This document shows positions 52,716 through 64,000 of a stretch of DNA of 64,000 nt, piece by piece (the stretch's first letter is position 1; each line of letters opens with the position of its first letter). The DNA lies in contig OZ024740.1 of assembly GCA_964016885.1 (NCBI GenBank), positions 257,052,001 to 257,116,000 of the forward strand, in the 5' to 3' direction. This stretch comes from Eledone cirrhosa (taxonomy: Eukaryota). Below the pieces are notes generated by a model. The model searched no databases, was not told where the DNA came from, and was given only the letters and a program-made list of their open reading frames with translations. A program made the translations under genes and the position numbers.

Positions 52716-54708
52716 AATAGAATCTGAGATGGTTTTTTAAGGGCTTGAATTTGACTCAATGCCGCAAAACCTACAACTCCAGATGATCAACTCTACATTG
52801 TTGCAGACGCAGCACAGCCGACTTGTTAAAGAGTTTGCCTTGTAATCATGACGTCCCATTTGCCATAGACTCGGGATAATTCATGCATTATGACTGAAAT
52901 TGCGAAGACCGAAGCCAAATATCGGCCCTAAAGAAAGTGCTGAAGCATTTGCTTGAGAGTACCTTATTCTCTGTTGACCTTCTGCTATTCTATTTTCCTT
53001 AGAGTTTCACTAAAGGGGAAAGCATTTACTTTGCTTTATATGTAAACCTATAAGTTTTATCTATCTCTTATTCTGTATTATTTTTATTCCGTGTTATTTT
53101 TTATGTTAACATATTACTGGCAAAAATGTGCATTATCACATTTTTTTTCTGTTTGTTAAAATGAAACCTGAAACACAGAAAAATCTAATCCGACTATTCG
53201 AAAATATCGGAGATAATTTTGCGTTGTTGTTCTTATATAGACATGGGATCAAGAGGGCCCTTAAATCATGATCTAGTCAAAGGAACGTCCGAGGGAGATA
53301 CAGCGTTCCTCCGGTATTTGCAAATGGTGGAGTGTATGACTCACCTTATTTTAACTCAGCCGGATTTTTACAAAGAAACAGATAGTAAAAGAAAAGAAGT
53401 GAGAAACATATTTGATTTAATTTTATGATAAAAGGCAAAGTTGATCTTGGCGGGATTCGAACACAGATGGCAGAGATGGAATGAATACCGCCCGACGTTC
53501 TAACGATTCTGAAAATTCTTCGCCTTCATAAACATACATGCAACTAGCATCACGAATATTGTGCTGTGCAGGGGGAAATAAGAAGGGACCACAACCAAAA
53601 CCACTCAGTCGATTGCTTCTTTGAGATTTGAAGTGACTGTGTTTATTAAAATATATGTATTTCCCCCTCTTTATCCTCCGTCGAACAAAAACCATCTTGC
53701 AATACTTAATACTACCCTAAACGACAACTTGACTGTTGTAGTATATAAAGAACTGATTGATGTCTCGTCAAATTTATGGTCCACCCATCCACTATTTCGT
53801 ATTTTATAGCACATTTCCGGTTGCTCTATACCAAAAATAAAATGTAAACATTTAAAATAGCTTCATAATTTCTTTTGCTCCTTCCTTCTTAGAAATAATT
53901 TTTCGATTATACTCCTCTACTACAAACAGAATTGAGACTCGTATTAGTGTGACTTATGCCACTAAAGCTGCGTCATGAACAAAATATGGTTATAATTAAA
54001 TTTATCTTCCAAGTAACTTTTCTCATATTTAAGAAATCTCACATTATATGATTTTGGTTGGGATGTTTGATTCTATTTTTTTATATGACAATTGTGAAAA
54101 AAAGGCACGTGGGTTACAGGTTTCTAACGAGACAATCATTGATATCACAACATTTTTAACTACAGTTTTGAATATAAGCCACTGGAAACAAACAAAAAAA
54201 AAAGATGTGGACAGCGTCACACCTGCTCTATGTAATGTGGATGTGCAACCATTACACTCAAGTGAGGCTGGCCACTTCTTTTCGTTTTTTTAATGTTTAT
54301 CAATTGGCCAACTGTATATAGAAAGAAATCCGGTTTTAGAACCGTTGAGTGACTTACACATTTTGAATATTAAAGTAACTTCAAGTTAAGGACATCAACA
54401 CACATAAATACGTTGGGAATACATGCCTCTGGTGACGGTAAATGTAAACAACGTTATGTTATATTTGTGGATGGTCATGTTGCCAGTATTGCTAATAAAA
54501 AACAAAAAGACAAAACATACATATGCAACATACGATTGTCACTTTATATTTATTATTAGTTATTTGTTATTTTGTCGAAGTTCTTTCGTCACGCATACTT
54601 TGACCTCAATGAATATCTGTTCGTTTTCGTGTCTCCTCTTCTTTCTGCTCTTAACGTATTACTCCTTTAAGAATCTTACAAAAGAAATACATAAAATTAT
54701 ATATATAT

Positions 54709-54868
<160 letters not shown>

Positions 54869-55168
54869 TTATATACATATGTATACACATAAACACATAT
54901 ATATATAGGAAAAGAATCAGGACCCCGTCGGCTGAGCTCCGTCCCTTTTCGACAGGTAAATATATATATAAAGAATAAGAAACACCAAAGAGTCGGTGTG
55001 CTGTCAGACTAACACATGTTTCAACCGATGGAGATTCATCCCGAGGATGTGAGATTATAAAATCAAAATTTTTAGAATTTTCTTAAGAAATTATTTTTGT
55101 CAAAAGTTCCCTTATGATTTTATACTTAAACCATAAATATATATATATATATAGTAGTTATATAGTAG

Positions 55169-55218
<50 letters not shown>

Positions 55219-55323
55219 CTACTATATATATATATATTTATGGTCTATACAGACGTACAGTAAGGGAACTTTAGACCATAAATATATATATATATAGTAG
55301 TTATATAGTAGTTATATATATAT

Positions 55324-55370
<47 letters not shown>

Positions 55371-55539
55371 TAGTTAAACGGAGAAAGCTATTAGCAATAC
55401 TCCGACCAATGTCCAACTCACTCAACAAACATTAGGAAATACCGGAGTATATTCCCAATTAAAGATTTGAGTGCTAACTACATAGTATTGTGTGAATATT
55501 GGCTGTATTATTTTATAAGATATATTAAAGATCTCATTT

Positions 55540-55662
55540 CCCAAACGAATCGTTTCATTGTAAGATTTTAACACGGTGGGTGAAAGTTAACCAAGTTATG
55601 TAGAAACTTGCGTAAAATCGATGGATTCTTATGCAAGTGGGCTCTTACAGATCTTCAGTAGG
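55540..55662 (-). ncRNA. Type I hammerhead with long stem II in (TA)n-flanked insert 55366-55812
   Basis: ccta-CTGAAGA-TC-TGTAAGA...TCTTACA-AT-GAAA-CGATTCG-TT-tggg. Confidence 0.72.
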
Positions 55663-55809
55663 TGCCCAATATCACCATCAGTGCTAGAAAGAGCAGCAGT
55701 TCGAAAGAAAATCTCACACTGTCTCCAAAATGGGAGGAGGGAGGTGGATATCTTGAAAAATAATATACACGCAGGTCATTGAACTCTGACAAGAATTCAT
55801 GCCTCGTGC

Positions 55810-55860
<51 letters not shown>

Positions 55861-55950
55861 GGAAAATTTGAACAGGAACAAAACAGAGAGGCAGTACAAC
55901 GAATGTTTATTAATTTCACGCTCTTGAGAGTGGGTGGGGTGGTGGTGGGG

Positions 55951-55984
55951 AACGACGTTTCGGGCATAAGCCCTTCTTCAGGTG
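55951..55984 (-). ncRNA. Minimal PLE-type hammerhead
   Basis: cac-CTGAAGA-A-GGGC-ttat-GCCC-GAAA-CG-TC-gtt; stem I weak. Confidence 0.75.
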
Positions 55985-56384
55985 AAAAGTGTGTGGGAAG
56001 AGAGTTCAAAGGGTGTGTAGGGGAGTGGTGGAGAGACATATAGCGAAAAGGGGGTGGGAGGAAACGGTGCGAATGAAATTAAAAATAAAAGCATGATCAA
56101 AATAAAATTAAAATGGGGTAAAACAGGTGGTGGAAGGGTGTGGGGCGTGTAGGGGTGGTGGCGGGTGGAGTGGGGAGAGGGAGACGAGGTGTCCGAGCGG
56201 GGAGGATGGAAGGTGGTGTGTGTGTGTAGGTGTACGTGTGTGTGTGTGTGTATGTGAAAGCAATGGTTGGGGGAAGAACGGGGTTGTATGTTCAGGAAGA
56301 AGTTTGTGTGTGGTGGGGTGTAGGTCGGAGTGTGTGTGCGTGTGTGGATAGAGGGGTGGGGGCACGGTCTTGTTTCTCCTCTTC

Positions 56385-56605
56385 CTCTCTTTCCGTTGCA
56401 TTACCTCTATGTTTGTTTACATGTCTCGCTCGCTTCTCCCTATTTTACGTGTCCCAATAACTTTCTTTAGTTATTGCTCGCACCAACCAGAGGTATAAGA
56501 TCTTTAAAGCGAAGAAATACCAATGAAGGTTGGAAGATCACTGCTGAAGGACTAATTTTATTCATATGTAACCCTTGTGCAATCACGCAGCACGCCATTT
56601 TTCAT
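56385..56605 (+). mobile_element. Family D fragment with permuted HHR (56449-56552)
   Basis: Aligns to 31150-31308 with compensatory changes. Confidence 0.8.
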
Positions 56606-56646
56606 ATATATATATATATATATACATACATATACTCATATATGTA

Positions 56647-56688
<42 letters not shown>

Positions 56689-59497
56689 TGTGTGTGTATA
56701 TACCTGTAAGGATATATATATATATATATATATGTGTGTGTATGTGTGTGCGTGTGTGTATATTTACATGTGTATATATATATAATATAGATCGGAAATT
56801 ACAATGTGCCTTTATATATCATTGAATACATTTCAAATATTTCAAAACATATTTCTTTCGGTTTTTGTTTGTGTGTAGTTATATTTCTATTGATGTCATT
56901 GTATTGATTTCATTTGTGAGTATATATGTCAACCCATTTTATATATGTGTGTATATATGTAAATGTAATTTGTAATCTCAATATGTATAAGTCAATGCAT
57001 GATATATCTGAGTGTATATTTGATCGTATGTTATATAAGCATGTACCTATGAGAGTGCCATATAATTTGCTGCGTAAATCACGACATTTTTGGAATTGTT
57101 TCATATAGTCACACAATAACAAAAATGAATATAGACAGAAAAGACATATTGGAGAAGGATATTTAAATACACAGATCATTGAAACATGAGACGGTATAAA
57201 AGGAAGAAAGTTAGTATTTATTTTTAAACCGAAATGTGTATAATGAAAATGTGGGTCACTCGTTCTAATTCCGTTTGGTCTCGCATATCAGTGTTTTTTC
57301 AAAGGATTGAAAAGAGTATTAAATTCTCTACATATTGGATATTGTAATTATAATATTAGTTAGAAAATACCTGCATAAATACGCATTTTTATGTAATATA
57401 TACGTATATGTGATTAGTGATATTGCGTTTCTCATTCACCCGTTTAAACAAAGCATGTAAATTCCAGTTTTATTCGGTCAAATATTACGTTGAATAGTTT
57501 CCGAAACATAGAGTCAGCTTTACTTATTTTTTTATATTTTGCTGTTTGATAACATACTGTGAGGAATTGGGAGGAGTGGTTGGGTTATTTAAAGTCGGTT
57601 TCCGTGGTGTTAAGCGATTGAGAGTAAAATACTCATTGTATAGGACGCATACAAGACTCTTCCTGGTCTATTACAGGATTATCTACCCAACTAGTACTGG
57701 TACTCACTCTCAGCTGAGTGAAATGTAGTAACGTGAAATAAAGTGTTTTGCTCTCCGGTCCAGAAATTGAACCGACGACATTATGGTCGGACGTAAAAAA
57801 TCCTAAAGAGTGCCTAGGTCATCGGATTAAATATTTCAGTATATATCCCGATATATGTACAAATTCCACTTTGATCAATTTTTCCTTTCGTCATAGCTAA
57901 GTTGATAAATAATATCCTGGTCCAGTACTGGGGTCGATTCTTTGGTCTTTTTTCCCTCTTACTAATTTTCTTTCACTCTCTGCTTCTCTCCGTGAGAAAT
58001 TGACGATGGTCAGACCTAAGAAGCATCGGTCCCACCAGGACGGCACCTTAATGACGCCAACAGGAGGTATTGGCCATTTCCTCTTTTGATGACATATGTG
58101 ATATGATTTGACACCTTTGATACCAAATCGCCCGAAACCACTCCTACTTGTATACAAATTGTTTGTTTTATATTGTTTATATTATCTAAAACTTTCCATT
58201 TTAATCTTATGTAAGAACTTTTGCTATGTTCCAAACCCTAGCTTAAGGACAACGTTAGTTTTATTCTTAAATTTCCCCCAATTCTGGATTATGTTCAACA
58301 TAATTATGATAATGAGGTGGTTAAAAATATTATGTAAAGAAGTGGGCTCAACACAGTTGTGAACTATTATTCGAGAGGACTGAAAACAAATGTACTCCAG
58401 GGGAGCTACTTAATTTAAGGAATAACCGCAAAATCCATCCACTCATTTGTAACTAGTTTAGTAATAATATCCATTTTTTCTTCATGTTCAATTTAGAAGA
58501 AGGAAGAGAAAAAAGAAGAAATACGTGTGACAAAGAAGGTAGAAATAAATATAAAGTGGGAAGTATGAAAAGGGGGAAAGTTTACACTCGTGGCTAAGCA
58601 GTACATTTCAGTAACTACCAACAAACAAGATGGCTATTGCATTGCTTCGGAGAACAGCCAGCAATACCTGCTGCATCAGTCATTCCGTCAACGGAGTTCC
58701 CTCTTCAGGTGAGAATATCCCTTCCCGAATTGGTGGAGGGAAACGATAGCCCATGGACCTCGGACCTCGCTGATCTCGTTGGCGACTGAGACAGACACAT
58801 AACGGTCACTCAATGATTATTATTAATTATTTTCCGCTCTTCTGCTTGTAAGACAGTATGTACATGAAATGTCGCATCATTACTCCTATAGTTTTCCTGG
58901 TCACGTACTGATTTTTTACCTCGGGATTTCAATCCCTTAGGGATCTATGAAGTTTAGATGGTGTGAGTTAGTGTTATGCAACATTGTGATTCAGACATTT
59001 CATATATATATATATATTATACTAAGGGGTTAACCGAACAAGGATCTGCGGACCTCTTAGAGGTCTGTCGGTTGTGAAGTAGATAAAGGAAAGCGCCCAA
59101 CGACCTGCATAAAAGTGGAAACTGGAGCATTATATATCAATAAAATGTATATAAACAACATGTCTATTTATTTAATTAAAACGACGGAAGTCCGGACTGG
59201 AAACAGGTCTTTAAATGTTCGTTTTAATGTTGCAAAAAATAATATATATTTCAATGTCCTGGTTGTTTTAATTAAATGAATATTTAACTGCGTTCCTGGA
59301 CCTGCCATGGCATTCAACATCTACGATGGATGAATTGCATAACGTAATGTGCTTTTCTTACTATTATATCATGGTTAACTAAACGGAATGACCAGTTGTA
59401 GCCATTGGTGAACCACACAACTTGTGTGCATGTGTGTTGTGTGTGTGTGTGTTTGTTCCTGGTTGTGTCTGTGTGATTAATATAAATAAATATATAA

Positions 59498-59528
<31 letters not shown>

Positions 59529-59959
59529 CATATGTGTGTGCGTGTGTGTGTGTACACACAAGCATACATGTATATGTGTACATACATAGCCATCATAAAG
59601 AATCACATGTCACAACGATGAAGGCGGCAGTAGTTACTTGTTAACATATCCCGTCTGTAAGCACTTGAAATGTCCAGGTTTTCATGATATTCTCCTCCTG
59701 ATGCTGTTTACTTCCTACTCTAAATAAATCTAATTCTTTCTCTTTATAATACCACAAGCTAAACACAATCACATAACTGCTACACTTTACTCTATAATAC
59801 TCACAGTTAAACATTGCTATCGTTGTTTTTGTTAGTATTCTTGTTGTTGGTTGCCAATATTTGTTTTATCATTCGTCTACTCCAAATATTTATTATTCAC
59901 ATGCCTTACGTAACACAGAGTAATTAGGATGTCATATAAAATGCCTTTCGGTATTCAAT

Positions 59960-60378
59960 CCAGCTCTTTCCATTCTGAGTTCAAATATAGCCGAGATCAA
60001 CTTTACCTTTCATCCATTTGAGGTCAATAGATAAAATAACAGTCACATACTAGGGTCGATTCCTCTCTATTTCTAACAGTGATATTTTAGTTTACTGAGT
60101 TCGGAAGGACAAAGAACGAATTTGAATTTCGGGGGATTTGAAATCAGGACATAAAGAGCCGTAACTAAATACCGCGAGGTAGGTTTCTGATGCTCTCATG
60201 ATTCTGGGGCTCTGAACGACTGGTGGAATCGTAACTGGTACTTTATTTTAAAGACCTAGTAAAGATGAAAAGCAAAACTAGCCTAGGCGGGATTTGAACT
60301 CAGAACTTAAAGGGCCTTAACAATATATCACAAAGCATATTTTCAATACTCTACCGATGCTGCGAATCCACCGCCCGA
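59960..60378. mobile_element. Cluster of three degenerate CORE-type SINE pieces
   Basis: ctgagttcaaat...ctttcatcc on + near 59975; gggatttgaa(a/c)tcag, i.e. minus-strand copies, near 60133 and 60290. Confidence 0.65.
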
Positions 60379-60741
60379 ATAATGGTTTCCGATTAAGGGG
60401 TAAGTCGAGTAAATATAAGAAGAAGAAGAAGAAATCCGTCGACATGTAGTTATGGAAGTGGTGCTGGTAGTAGTGGGGTAAATGAAAAGACGCTTGCCTA
60501 AGACGCCACGCTGTAGGATTGAACCTGGAGAGAAAATGTTAATGTCAGAGCCATGTCTTGATATACTATACATAAATGTATCAACACCGTTTCTTCTCTA
60601 TATATGACTCTCTCTCTCCCTCCCTCTCTCATTCTCTCTCTCTCTCCCTTCATATATATATATGATATTGTGTTCACGTGTCTGTGTACATGAGTATGTA
60701 TTCAGTAAATGTAATAGTCCAGCTGTCGGTAAAACCATATG

Positions 60742-60782
<41 letters not shown>

Positions 60783-60850
60783 ACACAAAGGCTGCTTTTG
60801 TGTTTCTATGTGAATGTGCCTGTATGTCTTACCTTGTCTGTGTGTATGCC

Positions 60851-60894
<44 letters not shown>

Positions 60895-60915
60895 GTATAT
60901 ATATATATATATATA

Positions 60916-60962
<47 letters not shown>

Positions 60963-61247
60963 TGTGTTCGTGTGCGTGTGTGTTTGTTCTTCCTCACGTG
61001 TTGAAAAGCTTCCATCACGTGTGTGGCAGGATAAGAGATTTTACTTGTATTTCAGTACCAGTTGAAAGAGATAATGGAGGGTAGTTATTTCTGAGTGACA
61101 ACATCAGTATTGAAACCTGTATGTGACATCAACGATATTTGTACATTTTATTCATCTGTCGACGGGAAACTTCCAGGACATAGAACAGATATTGAACAAC
61201 AGGTGATCCTAAGACATAAAATGAGAAATCAGTATGATGAAATTATA

Positions 61248-61311
<64 letters not shown>

Positions 61312-61874
61312 ATATTATACATGTGTATAGGCGTATATGTGTATTCGTAAGCACACGCCACTTATACATTCATAGGCACACCTACACAATACACAAACAC
61401 ATATATCCATGGATGTGTTAGTGTGCATGTATTGTATGACAGTATGTACTGTAGTTGCTGTGTGTGTGTGTGTGTGTATGTGTCATACTTATACATACAC
61501 ATCCCACCTACTTACCCAGAAGAATGATATAAATGTCGCCAAGAATATCAGCAAAGATCCAGAATGCTGCCAGTTGAATTTACCATTTTATATGGACTGT
61601 TTTATTAGATAGCTAAATAGATTGATAGATAAAGAGGGGGAGGGGGGGGAGCGGCACATAAATAGGCTGTAAGAATAAAAGATAGAATTGGTGAGAGGGA
61701 GATGTCGAGTGGGAAGAGGAAATGTGAAGCTATGTTTTGCTGTAAACATGTCTTGGAGAAGTGTTTCCGTTAAAGAAGGATGCAGTGGGTAGGGAATAAC
61801 CAATATCATCTGCTACTAAAATACTGACTTGTTCTGTGTCTTATAAACACGAAATACACGTCGGATTCTAACGA

Positions 61875-62030
<156 letters not shown>

Positions 62031-62397
62031 AATATATATATATAATATATATATATATATATGTATATATACGTATATGTATACACACACACATTTATAT
62101 ACATATATATATATATATTGGGGTGAGGGTGTTGTGCAATGAAAACTAATTGGGAAGATTAGAGCATAATGAGTTCCTCGTTTTACAATCGTTTCAGGAG
62201 GTTCATTGATCACTATTATTGTGTCTATATCTCCAGAACATCACGTAGCCCTTTAATGTATGCCTGTATCCGTAACTCCTAATGGAGTCGTAGTAACGTA
62301 CAGTGTTTCTTGGGTATTTAAACCTGGTGGAGCCCATCTTCTTTCGAGGTCTGAATACAGCAGAGTTCTTCTAGAGAAGGCGGGGTTATATATATAT

Positions 62398-62505
62398 AAT
62401 AATTGTTTCTACTTTAGGCACAAGGCCAGCAATTACCCAGTACATTACTGGTATTTTATTTTATCGACCCCGTAAGGATGAAAGGCAAAGTTAACCTCGG
62501 CGGGA
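62398..62505 (-). mobile_element. CORE-type SINE 3' half
   Basis: Nearly identical to 16788-16890. Confidence 0.82.
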
Positions 62506-62554
62506 TAATAATAATGGAGCTGCGGCGCTGCAAATGGGTTACATATGAAAAAGT

Positions 62555-62660
62555 GTGTCCTCATCAGTGGCCTTCCAACCGTCGTAGGCATTTCGTCGCA
62601 TTAAAGGCCATATACCTCAGGTTTGTGCGAGCAACGGCTAAAAAAAGTCGTTGGGACACG
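62555..62660 (-). ncRNA. Non-circularly permuted hammerhead-like RNA, intact core (family D, 62515-62840)
   Basis: GGTA-TA|TGGCCTT ... C-GAAA-TGCC ... AAGGCCA-CTGATGA-G; all core nucleotides present but strands in the order S1-S3-S2. Confidence 0.75.
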
Positions 62661-62856
62661 TAAATAAAGGGGACGCTAGGGTAAACAAACAAAATGGTTT
62701 AAGCAGCAGAAAGTGATGAAGAAGAAAGAAACAAGTCCCAGATTTCTATGAATATAAATTCGGTGGAATCGTGAACGAGAGAATAAAGACCATCAAACCT
62801 GGTTGAAATGTGAGCAAGGAAGGAATTTCGCACAGGTCTAATATATATGTGTGTGT

Positions 62857-62947
<91 letters not shown>

Positions 62948-63298
62948 GCGAGAGAGAGGGAGACTGGGGTTGATAAAACGGGAGTGAGAAAGAGATATGG
63001 AGGATGAATCGAGCCCAGTAGTCGACTGATTTTTTGTATTGACTTCGAATGGATGAAACGTAGAGGTGATTTTGGCGGGATTTGAACTCCGAGTGTAAAG
63101 AGCTGGAACAAATACTGCAAAGCATGGAGACAATAAACGAACGGATAAACGGAAACAAGGGAAACAATACAGATTTCCCAATCAGTTTCACACATTTCTG
63201 GACAGCATCGCTTTTATCGTGATCGAAAGCATGTCAAACAACCATGGAAACACACAGACAAATATTTAACAATTCATTTAAATAAAGCGCACTTAATA

Positions 63299-63470
63299 TA
63301 TATAGTATAGATAATATAAGTTATATAAACTGTATATAGTATAGATAATATAAGTTATATAAACTGTATATAGTATAGATAATATAAGTTATATAAACTG
63401 TATATAGTATAGATAATATAAGTTATATAAACTGTATATAGTATAGATAATATAAGTTATATAAACTGTA
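63299..63470. repeat. 34-bp minisatellite, 5 copies
   Basis: (tatatagtatagataatataagttatataaactg)x5. Confidence 0.95.
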
Positions 63471-64000
63471 TGATACACTGCACAGCATTTAGGGAAAATG
63501 CCATCAACTACAGATTTGGGTTGACCAAACTCCTGAGGGAAATTGGGGAGACGGAAAATATTTCGATGGTTATTACCTGTAATTCAAAGGGTGAGACTTC
63601 TCTCACTCACCGACATGCTGAATCTTATAGAGAGTTACATTCAGGATGTCCCTGCGGAATGCTTAGACACTTACACGTCAATTTCACAAGAACTTTCATC
63701 GAACAGCTGGAGTTCCGTTCTGTGATAAACTTTTCCACTCTTCAGTGGCCTACTACTCTCCTTATGTTCTTTTGTCTGTCTATCTCTCTCTTTCTCTCAA
63801 CCCCCCCTCTCTCTCTATATATATATATGTGTGTGTGTGTGTATACATATGTATATATGCATATATTTATTATACATACTAGCAGAAAAACCACCCTTCG
63901 GCTGGTTTTCTGCTAGCATGTGTAGTGTGTATATTGATATTATACGCAAGTATATATGCATGTAGATATGATACATCAAATTAAAATCGTAATTGACAAT

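Noticed and set aside
55000-55050. GAAACATGTGTT hammerhead 3' half on the minus strand
   Set aside because: No CUGANGA partner within the insert.
63299-63470. Regular 34-bp repeats as a possible CRISPR array
   Set aside because: No unique spacers and a eukaryotic context; simple minisatellite.
63470-63916. 148-aa ORF with an EFRSVINF mariner-like phrase, and a hairpin at 63879-63917
   Set aside because: Too little similarity to call a transposase or a Helitron end.

Overview
AT-rich, microsatellite-dense eukaryotic DNA, probably from an octopus or other cephalopod (inferred from tRNA-derived CORE-type SINEs resembling the Octopus OR SINEs). I see no host protein-coding gene; most ORF-track entries are (TA)n/(CA)n artefacts. 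The window is a mosaic of decayed retroelements: several Penelope-like element (PLE) families (RT + C-terminal GIY-YIG, inverted pLTRs), a Ty3/Gypsy element with both LTRs, an L1/Tx1-like LINE holding a hAT MITE, R4/Dong and RTE fragments, and many SINEs. The main signal is RNA-level. Most inserts flanked by (TA)n carry a hammerhead ribozyme (HHR) motif: about 14 families and over 30 copies, found by eye. They include three tandem 431/485/517-bp ORF-less retrozyme-like units and a PLE family with a fixed CAGAAGA core. The most unusual is a five-copy family whose hammerhead strands lie in a non-circularly permuted order, with a predicted K-turn and covarying helices. All folds are manual predictions; none was computed or tested.
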